NCBI GenBank assembly: GCA_964607485.1
Contig: CAZSKP010000042.1
Span: 1-36,272 of the forward strand
Length of the DNA stretch: 36,272 nucleotides
Origin: an uncultured bacterium
Lineage (GTDB): Bacteria > Abyssobacteria > SURF-5
Direction: 5' to 3'
The position numbers and the translations under genes are program-made. Shown here piece after piece: positions 10,539-20,837 of this stretch. Positions within the stretch are counted from its first letter, which is position 1, and each line of letters starts with the position of its first letter. The notes beneath the pieces were generated by a model. It saw only the letters and a list, made by a program, of their open reading frames with translations. It did not search any database and was not told the DNA's origin.

Positions 10539-12239
10539 TCATCTATTGTTCCCGATTCCTTCTACCCATACCAGCGAGCGCTTGTGCTTGTAGGGACCGG
10601 CTCTACCTTGTGCCAGTGTATTGTACGGCATTTCCAAGAGTTCTGGAATGGATTCCACCCCCGAAATAATGACGCTGTCGAACTGATGGTCTTTCCTCTC
10701 AATAATACTCCGGAGACGATCAACGTCGTTGATCACCGGCATTATCCAGTTTTCATAATCGTAGAAATACGCTTGCATATATTCATCAGAGAAATTCCAG
10801 GCAGCCACACGCGGTCTCGTTTCCACCGGTATCTGCTCAACAAACGAGACGATATCATCTCTTGCGCTCCTTTGCTGGTTGAGGGCTTTCCCCAGAACGA
10901 CAAAGGTGCCGATATAGAGGAGAGCGGTGGCGGCTACTAAGAGCCTTCCGATTCGAATTCGATCACGCCGAACCAGTAGAAAAAGACATAACGCCATTCC
11001 TATCCCTGCGAAGCCGTTCCTCAGCGTAAATGTTTGAAGAGAAACATCCAGATTGCCGGATGCCGATACAGGAAGCAAGGGTGTCACGAGTGGAAACATC
11101 GTTAGTACCAGGAGTGCCACGGCACAAAAGCCGATCCAGATCATGCAAAGCCTCGTACACCACCGGGGAAGGCCCTCACCCAATGCATCGGCGCAGATGA
11201 TGGCGAATGCCGGAAATAACGGCAGCAAGTATAAATGGCGCTTTGTTGACGACATAGTAAGAAATAAGATCGAGCCAATACTCCACGTCAACAGAAAAAC
11301 TCGAGAAGGAGAAAGCGCACGATTCTTCCTCAAGTCCCGGTAGCAGTAAGCACCCCAAATCACAAGCAATGGCGCCCACGGCAAGGACTCCGTAGCAACC
11401 CCTTCCACATAGTAGAAAGGCTTTCCAGAATGCTTGTGGCCCAACGAGGCGGTGCCAAGCAGTCTGCCCACATGATTATTCCAGAACCATTCATGCCATA
11501 ATTCCGGTCCTCCGATTTTTCTGAACATGATCATCCACGCCCCAGCTAGTGAAACGAATGTAAGAAAACACAGGAAGTGATGCAAAACAAAAAGTTCCAG
11601 CCTTTCCTTTTCCCGCCGCTGCCTTGCCAGCCAGGGGATGATCAGGCCCAACCAAGCGACAGCGATGAAGACCAGCCCTATCATGCCTTTTGAAAGAAAG
11701 GCGCCGGCGGTAAAAAGGCCGGCAGACAGACAAAACCAGGGTCTTTCCGCAAGATATACTTCGGAAAGACTCCACACCGCGGCAACGACAAAGAATAGGA
11801 GAGCGGCATCAACCCGGATCCAGTGTGTGTGCTTAACAAATCCAGCCATCGTTGCCAGGATCAATGCGGCAAGAACAGCACAATCTCGCCCCACGAGTCG
11901 TCTTGCCAGAAGAAATGTCATCAGCAGAGCACCCACCCCCCAGAGAGCCGAGGTGAGGCGGACGGCGCCTGTGTTTCCTACCACTGAGCCGATGAGGCGG
12001 ATAGAACCTGCAGCGACCGCGAAATAGAGCGGCGGTTTTTCCACGAAAGGTTTCCCTAAGAAATGCGGGACTACGATATTGCCGGTCTGACTCATCTCAA
12101 TGGAGATCGCAGCAACCCTTGGTTCATCGGGAGTCCACAAATCTCGGTTGAAGACACCCATAAAGGAAACAAATAGACAAAAAAGAACTATCCATGGGAC
12201 ACGGGCAAGCCGCCATGATTCAGTCAAATACAAAAACAC
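10539..12239 (-). CDS. ArnT-family glycosyltransferase, paralogue 3
   Basis: LWTPDEPRVAAISIEM, FVEKPPLYF, SKG, KPFYY and KRHLYLLP; GTG start after GAGGGG; first gene of the arn run. Confidence 0.9.
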   Translation of the reverse strand: MFLYLTESWRLARVPWIVLFCLFVSFMGVFNRDLWTPDEPRVAAISIEMSQTGNIVVPHFLGKPFVEKPPLYFAVAAGSIRLIGSVVGNTGAVRLTSALWGVGALLMTFLLARRLVGRDCAVLAALILATMAGFVKHTHWIRVDAALLFFVVAAVWSLSEVYLAERPWFCLSAGLFTAGAFLSKGMIGLVFIAVAWLGLIIPWLARQRREKERLELFVLHHFLCFLTFVSLAGAWMIMFRKIGGPELWHEWFWNNHVGRLLGTASLGHKHSGKPFYYVEGVATESLPWAPLLVIWGAYCYRDLRKNRALSPSRVFLLTWSIGSILFLTMSSTKRHLYLLPLFPAFAIICADALGEGLPRWCTRLCMIWIGFCAVALLVLTMFPLVTPLLPVSASGNLDVSLQTFTLRNGFAGIGMALCLFLLVRRDRIRIGRLLVAATALLYIGTFVVLGKALNQQRSARDDIVSFVEQIPVETRPRVAAWNFSDEYMQAYFYDYENWIMPVINDVDRLRSIIERKDHQFDSVIISGVESIPELLEMPYNTLAQGRAGPYKHKRSLVWVEGIGNNR

Positions 12240-12773
12240 CCCCTCTTATTCGTTGAATTTACCGTGTACGTCGCCAGATCACCTGGCGCACTTTGGTGCG
12301 ACAATTGGGGGAAAGAATCGGCTTCTTCGCCCAAATTGATTAATCTTCACCTAACGAGAGCCTGCTACGTGAACAAAAGCTTTCTCTTTTATCTGTAGTA
12401 GCATTTTATTCTGTTAATGCAAACATACTTCACTAAACGTCACATTGCAAGACCTTATCCGCCACCGAAGGAAAGCAAAATGGCGAGTGAAGAGTGGAAA
12501 ACGGAACTAATAGGGGCGACTTCTCAAGAGGAAACATTTCCCACCTCCCCTATGAGGGGGCTTGATTACCTTACAAGTCTGCCGAGCGCGTGGATTCCCT
12601 CACCTTTGCCTGGCTTTCGTCTTTCCGGATGGTGCTAGATAATATGATGATCTGCAGCACGCAACTAACGGGGCTCTACGTGACAGCCTCCCAATACTCG
12701 GCTCGTCACGCTGTCCTGTGGACGGGGACAGAGGACCGGCGCCGATAGACTATTCTTACCGAGCTGACCTCAT

Positions 12774-12845
12774 TCAGACCGCATACCAGAAAGTCAACCT
12801 GAATGCGAGAGTATGCCGTATCCTACTTAGCTTCTTTGAGAACAT
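12774..12845 (-). pseudogene. N-terminal stub of a sensor histidine kinase
   Basis: MFSKKLSRIRHTLAFRLTFWYAV* overlaps the 3' end of the response regulator. RLTxWY preceding TM1 is the usual start of CusS-like kinases; the rest is missing. Confidence 0.7.
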
Positions 12846-13500
12846 ATCCCACACCGCGAATCGTATGGATGAGCTTCGATCCAAAGTCTTTGTCTATCTT
12901 GTCCCTGAGTCGGCATATTCGGGCCTCTACGACATTGGTCTGGGGATCGAAATTGTAGTCCCAGACATGTTCCATGATCATGGTCTTGGAAACCACTCTG
13001 CCGGCATTTCGCAAGAGGTATTCCAGCAAAGCATACTCCTTGGGCTGCAGGTCGATCTGCCTGCCCTCTCGGATTACCTCGCGGGCCGGAAGGTTCATGG
13101 AAAGATCGCCCAGTGAGAGCATTGTGGGCTCCGCCGCCCCGCTGGCTCTTCGCATCAATGCCTGCAGCCGGGCGAGGAGCTCTGAGAATGCGAAAGGCTT
13201 GGTCAAATAGTCGTCGCTCCCGGTTCTAAGTCCTTTGACGCGATCCTCCACGGACCGTTTGGCACTCAGGATGATGACGGGAAGATTGACTTTTGCTTGC
13301 CGCATGCGCTCGATCACGGAAAGGCCGTCCAGCCCGGGCAACATGATATCCACGACAGCCGCATCATAGGGCTTGTTTATTGCCAGAAAGAGACCATGTT
13401 CACCATCCACAGCGTGGTCTACCGCATAGCCTGCCCCTTTCAGACCTCTTAAAACAAAGGAAGCAATCTTCAGATCGTCTTCAACCAGAAGTATTCGCAT
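12823..13500 (-). CDS. OmpR/CusR-family DNA-binding response regulator (now orphan)
   Basis: MRILLVEDD, DIMLP, DDYLTKPF and winged-helix HVWDYNFDPQTNVVE...TIRGVGY; likely start 13500. Confidence 0.93.
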   Translation of the reverse strand: MRILLVEDDLKIASFVLRGLKGAGYAVDHAVDGEHGLFLAINKPYDAAVVDIMLPGLDGLSVIERMRQAKVNLPVIILSAKRSVEDRVKGLRTGSDDYLTKPFAFSELLARLQALMRRASGAAEPTMLSLGDLSMNLPAREVIREGRQIDLQPKEYALLEYLLRNAGRVVSKTMIMEHVWDYNFDPQTNVVEARICRLRDKIDKDFGSKLIHTIRGVGYVLKEAK

Positions 13501-13655
13501 GACTGCAGATGTCCCTTTCACTCTCTATCACGGAGAGATCGGGATTCAAGACGTGATTCGCGGAATGTCGATATCTCAAATTGAGACTGAGGCTCTGAGC
13601 CATTTGCAATCTTCGCTCCATTGTCTGAGAAGAATCATATTTCCTCATAATCGTT

Positions 13656-13700
13656 ATGATACTCCGCGAAGCTGACCGGAAGGTTGCCAGAAGATTACCA
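13656..13700 (-). promoter_or_regulatory. Degenerate triple direct repeat plus -10 upstream of the response regulator/arn run
   Basis: Minus strand TGGTAAT-CTTC-TGGCAAC-CTTC-CGGTCAG-N10-TATCAT; 11-bp period and the same CTTC linker as copies 1 and 3. Confidence 0.5.
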
Positions 13701-13814
13701 TTTGGCAATCCTCGTCGTTCAACCCTGGAGTCCCCTGACTCGCCTTTATTGTCGCATCAAGGCTCTCCCCGGGCTGGTACAACCTGTTTCTCTGTACACT
13801 CGCGGGCAGCGCAG

Positions 13815-14477
13815 CCTGAGACGGTGCCAATGTTTGTGATTGCTGGCAACCACGACGTCCGCGGCGATTCCTCCAGATTGTTCGAGCGATACTTCGAACC
13901 GAGGGAGCTGGCATTCACATACAGGAATTCCCCATTCGTCCTGCTCGACGACTCGCTCGAGCCGTTCGACGACGCCGACTACGCCAGACTGGAGGAAAGC
14001 CTTCGAGATCATCCCGACGTGCAACACCGATTCCTGTTCATGCACGTCCAACCGATACACTGGGAAGGAGAGGGCAAGTGACCCGTCGAGCAGCATTATG
14101 ATAAGCTGTTCGATTTACTGGGCAGGTATCGGATCGACTACTTTTTCACGGGAAACTCGCATGGCTATCATCGCGAGGAGCGCAACGACACGGTGTTCGT
14201 CGTCAACGGCCGCCGGGGCGACTTCTACCACGATGCGCGAATGGTGCCGTTCTACTTCACGCAAGCCGATGTCGATGGAGAGTCGGTCACGGACGGGGTC
14301 CTCGAATTACCGCCGAAGGCGAGTATCGTTGTCCGGAGATCCCCTGCAAACTGGTCGGTCGCATATCTCGGCGGGGTCGAATTGGCGCGGCCCTGCCCCA
14401 CCGGCCTGTTGTTGGTGATCGCGGGCGGCTCGATAGTTTGCATTGTCTCCATCTTCCGCCATTCCGCTTACTCTTGA
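13815..14477 (+). pseudogene. Calcineurin-like metallophosphoesterase relic with C-terminal TM segment
   Basis: VIAGNHD, FLFMH and FTGNSHGY motifs in one frame across an internal TGA (14079-14081); N-terminal DxH/GD motifs absent. Confidence 0.8.
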
Positions 14478-15003
14478 GGGCCACATCCCTTGACCGGCTG
14501 ATATGTTAGTAACACTCTATGGCGAGTTGTGCAGTTATCGAGAAAGAACCTCATCCGTCAGTATTCGAACTGCTGGAGCGAGAGGCGTGGTGGCAATACC
14601 TCAGCAGGCGTGGTGAGACACAGCCTCTCTTTCATTCCTCGTAATTGGTTGTTCCTCTTATTCGATCTTCTTCCCACTCCTAAGCAACAATATCGGTCTT
14701 ATACCGCATAAGAGCAGCTTCTTGACAGTCAAGTCTGTCGCGATTCACCTCTAGCACCAAACTTCGGCCTGGGCGGCCCCCCGTTTTCTGGGACTGTTTT
14801 GGTCAGTTCTCAATCGCGTTCTTGTCAGACTTCCTGGCCGCCGCCGAGTCACGAGGGGATGTCCGCAAGCGCCTTCATCGTGTTCGATCATGATTCAAGG
14901 CAAGCTACTCTTAGCAATGTGAAAAAGTCGGGCATCCGAGCGTTGAAGTTGGTATAGGCTGGTTGTGATAGTCGACCAGCACTTCAACACAAGGAGGCCC
15001 GTG

Positions 15004-15580
15004 ATGCATACTATCGAATTGGGTTCGCACAGTGCGAGCTTCACAATTATCGTACTGGATCGCAAGGGGGAACTGCGCTCGTGTTTGAGACGATCGAGCT
15101 CAGAGGAAGATCTGATCGAGATTGTCAGCGCGGCTGAAAGCTCGAAGCAGCTGGTCGTTGAGGAAAGCCATCTGGCACGGTAGATCAAAGCTGTGCTCGA
15201 GCCATACTCAGATAAAGTCATCATCTGCGATCCCCGGCACAGCCGATGGATTGCCCAGGAGGGCTTCGCCAACGATCGCACCAGCGCCATCAAGCTCACC
15301 AAGCTCTGTCGCGGCAGGTACATCAAAGATATTTCTCATCTGGATGATACGGGCGCATCGCTTCGATCTCTGTTCTTGCACAACTATGATTTGAACTGCC
15401 AGACCATGCGGTTCAAGCTGAAGCTCAAGGCCATCTTCAGGCAGATCGGTATTCGGGCCTCGAGCCAGTCCATGAACCAGGACTTGTATTTAAGGGATTA
15501 TCTCGAGCAGCTTGATGCTGGCACACCAGGCGAGGCAGTACTTTGCTCTTGTCGATTCCTTAGCAGCGTATGAAGCATAG
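15004..15580 (+). mobile_element. IS110-family recombinase/transposase pseudogene
   Basis: AAGGAGG RBS; decayed DEDD domain MHTIELGSHS...LVVEES...IICDPR...NDRTSAIKL; internal TAG at 15181-15183; frameshift near 15515; C-terminal domain absent. Confidence 0.8.
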
Positions 15581-15763
15581 AACCTGGACGGAAACGCCTA
15601 ATATTATCCCATAACCTAACTCCTGCGCCAAAGTGTCGCAAATCGTCTGAAGACGCACGCGGTGTCCTTGCTCACTGATAGAAAGCGGAAAGGGAGGAAT
15701 CTCCCATCCTCCGCAATGAATTATCCGGTTCATCCTGGCTAACACCAATTCATGGGATTTGCG

Positions 15764-17311
15764 TTATTCGTTACAATCAGCCGCATGTCGCATTTCACAG
15801 TATGAATAGACGACAAACGAGTCGTTCCTGAAGAGCTCTGAAAAGCTCTCAGGTCTGCCGGCGATCATCGGCACCAGATATTGCAGGTCACGCTCTTCGG
15901 TGAGCTTGACGATCACATGGGTGACGCCGACGCTGTCGAAGTGCTCCAGTATCTCCTCCGCCGTGGCGTCTTTTGGATATGCGGTAGCGGATCGTCCGGT
16001 ATAGAGGGCGAGAACGCGCGGCTTTCGGAAGGCAAACACCGCCTCGGCATCGGTGTCCTCCTTGACGTACGTGAAGAGTTCGGTCGCGTCCCTGCTGTAA
16101 GGACCATCAGGTGTTTTATCGGAAAGCACAATCGCCCTGCCGAGGCCCGAGGAATATGAGACTGCAATCATGCCCGCGACAATCCCTGCAAACACTTGTT
16201 GGCGATGCTCGCTCCCGATCACCTCTCCTATTCTCAGTATTCCGACAATCAAGCACAAGAAGTAAAACGGCGCGACAGGCAGCAGGAACCTCCGCGCATT
16301 CGAAGGGAATATCAGCAGCGTCGTCAAATAGAAACACAGGAAGAACTCATAGAAAGAAACACGCCTCCGCACCTTTGCAACGGCACCGGTGATCACCACA
16401 GGGGTGGTAAGGAGAAACATCGCTCTGCCCGTGTAAGGTATGCCAAGCACATCCGACCACAGGACGTCGAGATGGATGAAGTAGTAGTTTAGAGCAGTAA
16501 ATAGGTCTTCCGTCTCCCACCCTATGAACTGGTCAAGGTAGGAAATATCCGATCGGAGAAAGACTCGGCTGAGTAGAACCAATAGGACGGAGAGACCGCC
16601 GGCCATCAGTGCAAATCTTGACGGCCTCTTGTTTCGGAAGAAGTCGTACGCCGGCAAGGCGGGAATCAGCACGACCCCGACGGTCCTGAGCAGGTAACAG
16701 CAGAAGAACAACGCCGCGAACAACAGTGCCGGCCGGACGCCCAGCCGACCCTTCCTATAGCAGACTTCAGTCAGGACGATCGAGCACAGCAGGAAGAAGA
16801 GAAACGGTAGGTCCGACATCACCGAATTCTTGAAGTTCACGACATAGGGATTCATCGCAAAGAGCAGGATTGCAGTCACCCGATACTTGAACGGTAGATC
16901 GTCGCGGAACAACAACAAGAGCGGGGGCAAGGTAAGCAAGAGAAACGCGATTATTTCAATCTTGAAGGCTGCCATCGACAGTCCGAACAGCATGCAAGCG
17001 GGCGCCAAAAGGAGTGGGAAGCCGGGGGGATACTGCCTGGGGCCGAGCGAGGGGTAGGACGAACAATATATGTAGCCGGTGTTCCCATACGGCATGCCGG
17101 TGGCAAGATTCTCGGCGTGATGGATGTATTGGGCGAAATCGCCGCCCCAGTCATGTCCGGGCCGTATCGTCACGAGATCCAACAGGCCGATTAGCAACAC
17201 GACGCAGAAGAACAAGGGCCTATGACTTCGTTTGGCCACATCCTTCAATGCTGCCTCAGGCTTGACATTTGCGCCAATCACCGTTATTCCTTTTCGGGGA
17301 TTCACGGACAC
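15764..17311 (-). CDS. GT-C-fold membrane glycosyltransferase (PMT/ArnT-related, divergent), paralogue 4
   Basis: Polytopic; DWGGDFAQY, YPPGFPLLL, MSDLPF and RRFLLP; soluble C-terminal domain. Confidence 0.75.
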   Translation of the reverse strand: MSVNPRKGITVIGANVKPEAALKDVAKRSHRPLFFCVVLLIGLLDLVTIRPGHDWGGDFAQYIHHAENLATGMPYGNTGYIYCSSYPSLGPRQYPPGFPLLLAPACMLFGLSMAAFKIEIIAFLLLTLPPLLLLFRDDLPFKYRVTAILLFAMNPYVVNFKNSVMSDLPFLFFLLCSIVLTEVCYRKGRLGVRPALLFAALFFCCYLLRTVGVVLIPALPAYDFFRNKRPSRFALMAGGLSVLLVLLSRVFLRSDISYLDQFIGWETEDLFTALNYYFIHLDVLWSDVLGIPYTGRAMFLLTTPVVITGAVAKVRRRVSFYEFFLCFYLTTLLIFPSNARRFLLPVAPFYFLCLIVGILRIGEVIGSEHRQQVFAGIVAGMIAVSYSSGLGRAIVLSDKTPDGPYSRDATELFTYVKEDTDAEAVFAFRKPRVLALYTGRSATAYPKDATAEEILEHFDSVGVTHVIVKLTEERDLQYLVPMIAGRPESFSELFRNDSFVVYSYCEMRHAADCNE

Positions 17312-17458
17312 GACAGCATCTCTTTCCCCAAATATGATGGCGCGCTCAGGCTTCTCTTCATTCTGGGACCTACTCGCAGCGACGGCACCGAACTGTCCCC
17401 AGTTACTGCTTTAGTCAAGATGATCGAATTCTGGGCTAACAGGCCACTTGATGAACGG

Positions 17459-19810
17459 CTATTGCGTTTCCGTTGGTCTGGCAACGAAAGGATGGAGGAT
17501 TTTTCCTTCGTCGATGACTCTCTCATTCAGTGTGTATGCCGAAAAGCAACACCTGTCCGGGGCAAACTTGAGCACAAGCGTTACGTTCTCACAGTCCTCA
17601 CCCGCTATTCTCTCCGCGCACTCGGGACGGAGATCCCCCTTCCTTAACTTACCGCTGCTGCCGACCGTCATGTATTGAATGCCGTGGATGGGCCGGAGGC
17701 GCTCATATACATGATTGTGTCCCGCAAGCACGAGGTTTACGCCGGTCTTCAGGAACAAAGGTTCGAGCAGGTCGATCATGGCGGGGTCCGAAGGATTCTT
17801 CTTTGCCGAGGAATATATCGGATGATGCATAGCGACAACCTTCCATCGCGCAACGCTCGCTTCGAGAGCGCCGGTGAGCCATTCCACCTGCTGCGGATCA
17901 TTCCTGATCGTGTTGGAATCGAGGAAGAACACTTCCACGAGGTCATCGCCGAACATTCTTGAGTAGTAGCGTCTTCCCTCCATGTTGAACAGGGGGTAGT
18001 TAGTTTGGAAGTCCGCTTTCCCGTATTCGAGGTCGTGATTGCCAAGGGCGGCGTAGAACGGAACAAGGTTCTCGATCAGCGGTGCATATGGCCGCTCGAA
18101 GTACTTGCGATAGGCTCTTGCGGGATCTCCGCCACCATCCCATCCAACGACGTTGTCTCCGAGCAGTAGAATCCCGTCGAGCGACGTGCCCTGATCGACA
18201 TGATACAGCGTCCAGCCCAGCGCGTCCTGCGAGATGGTGCCCGTTCCCGCATCTCCAAGCACCGCCAGCCACACAGTGTCGGAGGATCGCTTGGGATCGC
18301 AGAATATCAGGAAATGCCGGAATGGTCCCTGGGTGACCGAATAGCTAACGTCTTGTTCCTTCAGATCCGCAACGATCTTCTCGAAATCACTTTCACGAAC
18401 GAGGAGCACGTGGACGTAACGGCTCGAAGCCAGTTCCTCGTATTCCTCGCTGATGTGCTCTACGGGGGCGAATGTGGAGGCACGGGTCTTTTCCTTTGTG
18501 GTCACGGATTCGACGTTCGCGCCGCTGTAAAAGGCAAGCCCGAGATAGTTGCTGCGGATGACAGCGATCTCGTAGGGAGCATCCCCCACCTTCTCTTCTA
18601 TCTGTCCCTTTATTCCGGTCCACATCGCCCGACTGTCGCGCTTCCAGGTCACGTGGGCGGCAACCCCTTTCGATATCAGCAGGATGAGGATCAGAATTCC
18701 CAGACACATGCCCGGCTTTCCGCGAAAGCGGATAGCAAGCGAAACCTTATCGGGATATCGCATCACCAATGCACGCGAGCTCGCAAGCGCGAGTGGAGCG
18801 TACAGCGGCAACACATAGAGGGGAAGCCGTGAACTAGCCAGGCAGAATACTGCCAGGGGAATGCTGAACCAGAGGACGAGAAACAGGGCATTCGGTCTCT
18901 CGCGTAGATTTCGCCACCACGCAAATGTATGAAGGCGAGGCCGGCTGTACGCCAACAGCCGAGGCCAGAAAGCCGCCCACGGAAGCGGGCCCGCAAGGAG
19001 CGTTGGCAGGTATACCTTGAAAGGTCCCAACCAGCCCGGATTGCGATTCTGCTCGCCGCTGAATATCCGTCCGATAAGTTCGTGCTTATATAAGTATGAG
19101 AAGAGTTCTCGATACTGCATCGTGACCGCCACAAACCACGACGCCGACACACCAATGAAGAGAAGCAAACCCAGTGCGGTGACTGCGGCGGGAAGCCGCT
19201 TCACGCTTCTGTAGATCAGGAGAAATGCTAAGATCGATGCAAGCGGAAGTAGTCCGGGCGGTCCCTTTGTCAGGAACGCCAGGCCGAATGAGAGCCACAT
19301 CGTCAGCGACCAGAGTGAGGCCCGGAACGCATTTTCTCTTCCAGACACGCTCATCCAGAAGCAGAAGATCGCCAGGGTCTCGAAGAACGTGAGAATCGTA
19401 TCAGTTGTGACCGCGTTGCCGGCAAGAAACGGCAGGATCATCGTTGCATAGGACAAACACGCAAACAAGCCAGTGCGTCGATCCCACATGCGCTCGCCGA
19501 GCAATCCCACGAGCATGGCAGTGAGTGCAAACGCAAGCCCGTGGAACACTCGTGCGCCCCACTCGTTTCTGCCGAAGAAGCGGATTCCCGCGGCGATCAG
19601 CCAGTACGTTGTCGGAGGCTTCGTGAAATGCGGCTCGTAATTAATCTGCGGGACGAGCCAGTTGCCCGTTTTCTGCATCTCATATGAGCAGCGGACATAG
19701 CGGCCCTCATCCGGTTCCCAGAGCCCGCGCGAACCCTGGAAAGCGAAGGCAAGAGTCAGTACGAGTGCCGCGATAATCAATCGTGTTCTCTTGGCGTTTT
19801 CCTGTTCCAT
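17459..19810 (-). CDS. ArnT-family glycosyltransferase fused to a C-terminal metallophosphoesterase
   Basis: N-part LWEPDEGRY, TKPP, TKGP, SRLPLYVLP; C-part (from ~18290) LGDAG, LGDN, LGNHD, MHHP, AGHNH. Confidence 0.88.
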   Translation of the reverse strand: MEQENAKRTRLIIAALVLTLAFAFQGSRGLWEPDEGRYVRCSYEMQKTGNWLVPQINYEPHFTKPPTTYWLIAAGIRFFGRNEWGARVFHGLAFALTAMLVGLLGERMWDRRTGLFACLSYATMILPFLAGNAVTTDTILTFFETLAIFCFWMSVSGRENAFRASLWSLTMWLSFGLAFLTKGPPGLLPLASILAFLLIYRSVKRLPAAVTALGLLLFIGVSASWFVAVTMQYRELFSYLYKHELIGRIFSGEQNRNPGWLGPFKVYLPTLLAGPLPWAAFWPRLLAYSRPRLHTFAWWRNLRERPNALFLVLWFSIPLAVFCLASSRLPLYVLPLYAPLALASSRALVMRYPDKVSLAIRFRGKPGMCLGILILILLISKGVAAHVTWKRDSRAMWTGIKGQIEEKVGDAPYEIAVIRSNYLGLAFYSGANVESVTTKEKTRASTFAPVEHISEEYEELASSRYVHVLLVRESDFEKIVADLKEQDVSYSVTQGPFRHFLIFCDPKRSSDTVWLAVLGDAGTGTISQDALGWTLYHVDQGTSLDGILLLGDNVVGWDGGGDPARAYRKYFERPYAPLIENLVPFYAALGNHDLEYGKADFQTNYPLFNMEGRRYYSRMFGDDLVEVFFLDSNTIRNDPQQVEWLTGALEASVARWKVVAMHHPIYSSAKKNPSDPAMIDLLEPLFLKTGVNLVLAGHNHVYERLRPIHGIQYMTVGSSGKLRKGDLRPECAERIAGEDCENVTLVLKFAPDRCCFSAYTLNERVIDEGKILHPFVARPTETQ

Positions 19811-19842
19811 GACAAACCGATCTTGTCCCTTGGATTAGCTCA

Positions 19843-20837
19843 TTACTGCGCGATACGCCCTAAGGGAGGGGGTGTTGGTCGGCTGATGACCGTACAGAGC
19901 ACATCGCGACTGCCGATCTGCGCCCAGACAACATCTTCCATGATGCATGATTTAGGAATTACTAATGCATCCTTTCGATTGGAGTCGTATATCAGGAAAA
20001 TCCTATCCGACTTGCCCAGGGCCTTCAGAACATCTTCTTTGTCTCCTAGCATGGGAACGCGTCGGTGCATGTAGCAGTGTATGTTTGGCCGGTAGAATCC
20101 ATAGAAGAACAGCTGGTCATCTCCTCTCATATCTCTTAGCACCGTTGAACAGAAAGGACGCGCCGATTTGAAGTGGTCCATTAACGGCGCTGCGTAGCCA
20201 AACACAGTTACAACAAGGAGGACTGTAATCACCACAATGCTTCCGAGCTCGACCATAGGCGGCCGGTGGACGCACAGGCGATAGAGGAAAAATAATCCCA
20301 CAGAACCTGCGGCGGCTGCCGCCATTGCGAGCCATATGTACTGCTGCGTATGCGGATATGCGCCCGCTGTAAGGACAACCAGCCCAACGATGCATAGCAA
20401 GGCAAGCAGAAGCAGCGGCAGGAAGAACTCCTTTCGTTCGCGGAGCCTGCCCTCCTCCGGATTCGAGCTCATCAGCGCCCAGCCTAAGAGCAGCCCAGCT
20501 GCCGGAAAGAGAGGCAGAAGATACTGTCTCCTCTTGCCCGAAATGAGCGTAAAGAAGATGAATCCAGCAATATAGAAAGAGCGGCGCTCCTTCTCGTAAC
20601 CGAGATAAACATTGCCAGCGCGATCAACCAGAAATAGAGTGGTGGCTTCTCAGGATAGACCTCGCCGTTGAGATGCGGCGCTACCCCGTCTCCCGTCTCG
20701 ATCATCTCACGTGCCACCTGCGCATATGGAGGTTCATCCGGGTCCCACAGGTCACGAGCCCCGATCTTCAAGAAGAAGAGGAAATAACAGATAAAGAGCA
20801 GCAACACTATGTGCTTCCGCGACGCGATACCTGACAT
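19843..20837 (-). pseudogene. ArnT paralogue with large internal deletion and frameshift
   Basis: N-terminus LWDPDEPPYAQVAREM...EKPPLYFWLIA jumps in another frame to SGKRRQYLLPLFP and the C-terminal domain. Confidence 0.85.

Noticed and set aside
12338-12372. TAAT-CTTC-nnn-TAAC, a partial match to the regulon box
   Set aside because: Faces away from the arn genes and has no -10 at the conserved spacing.
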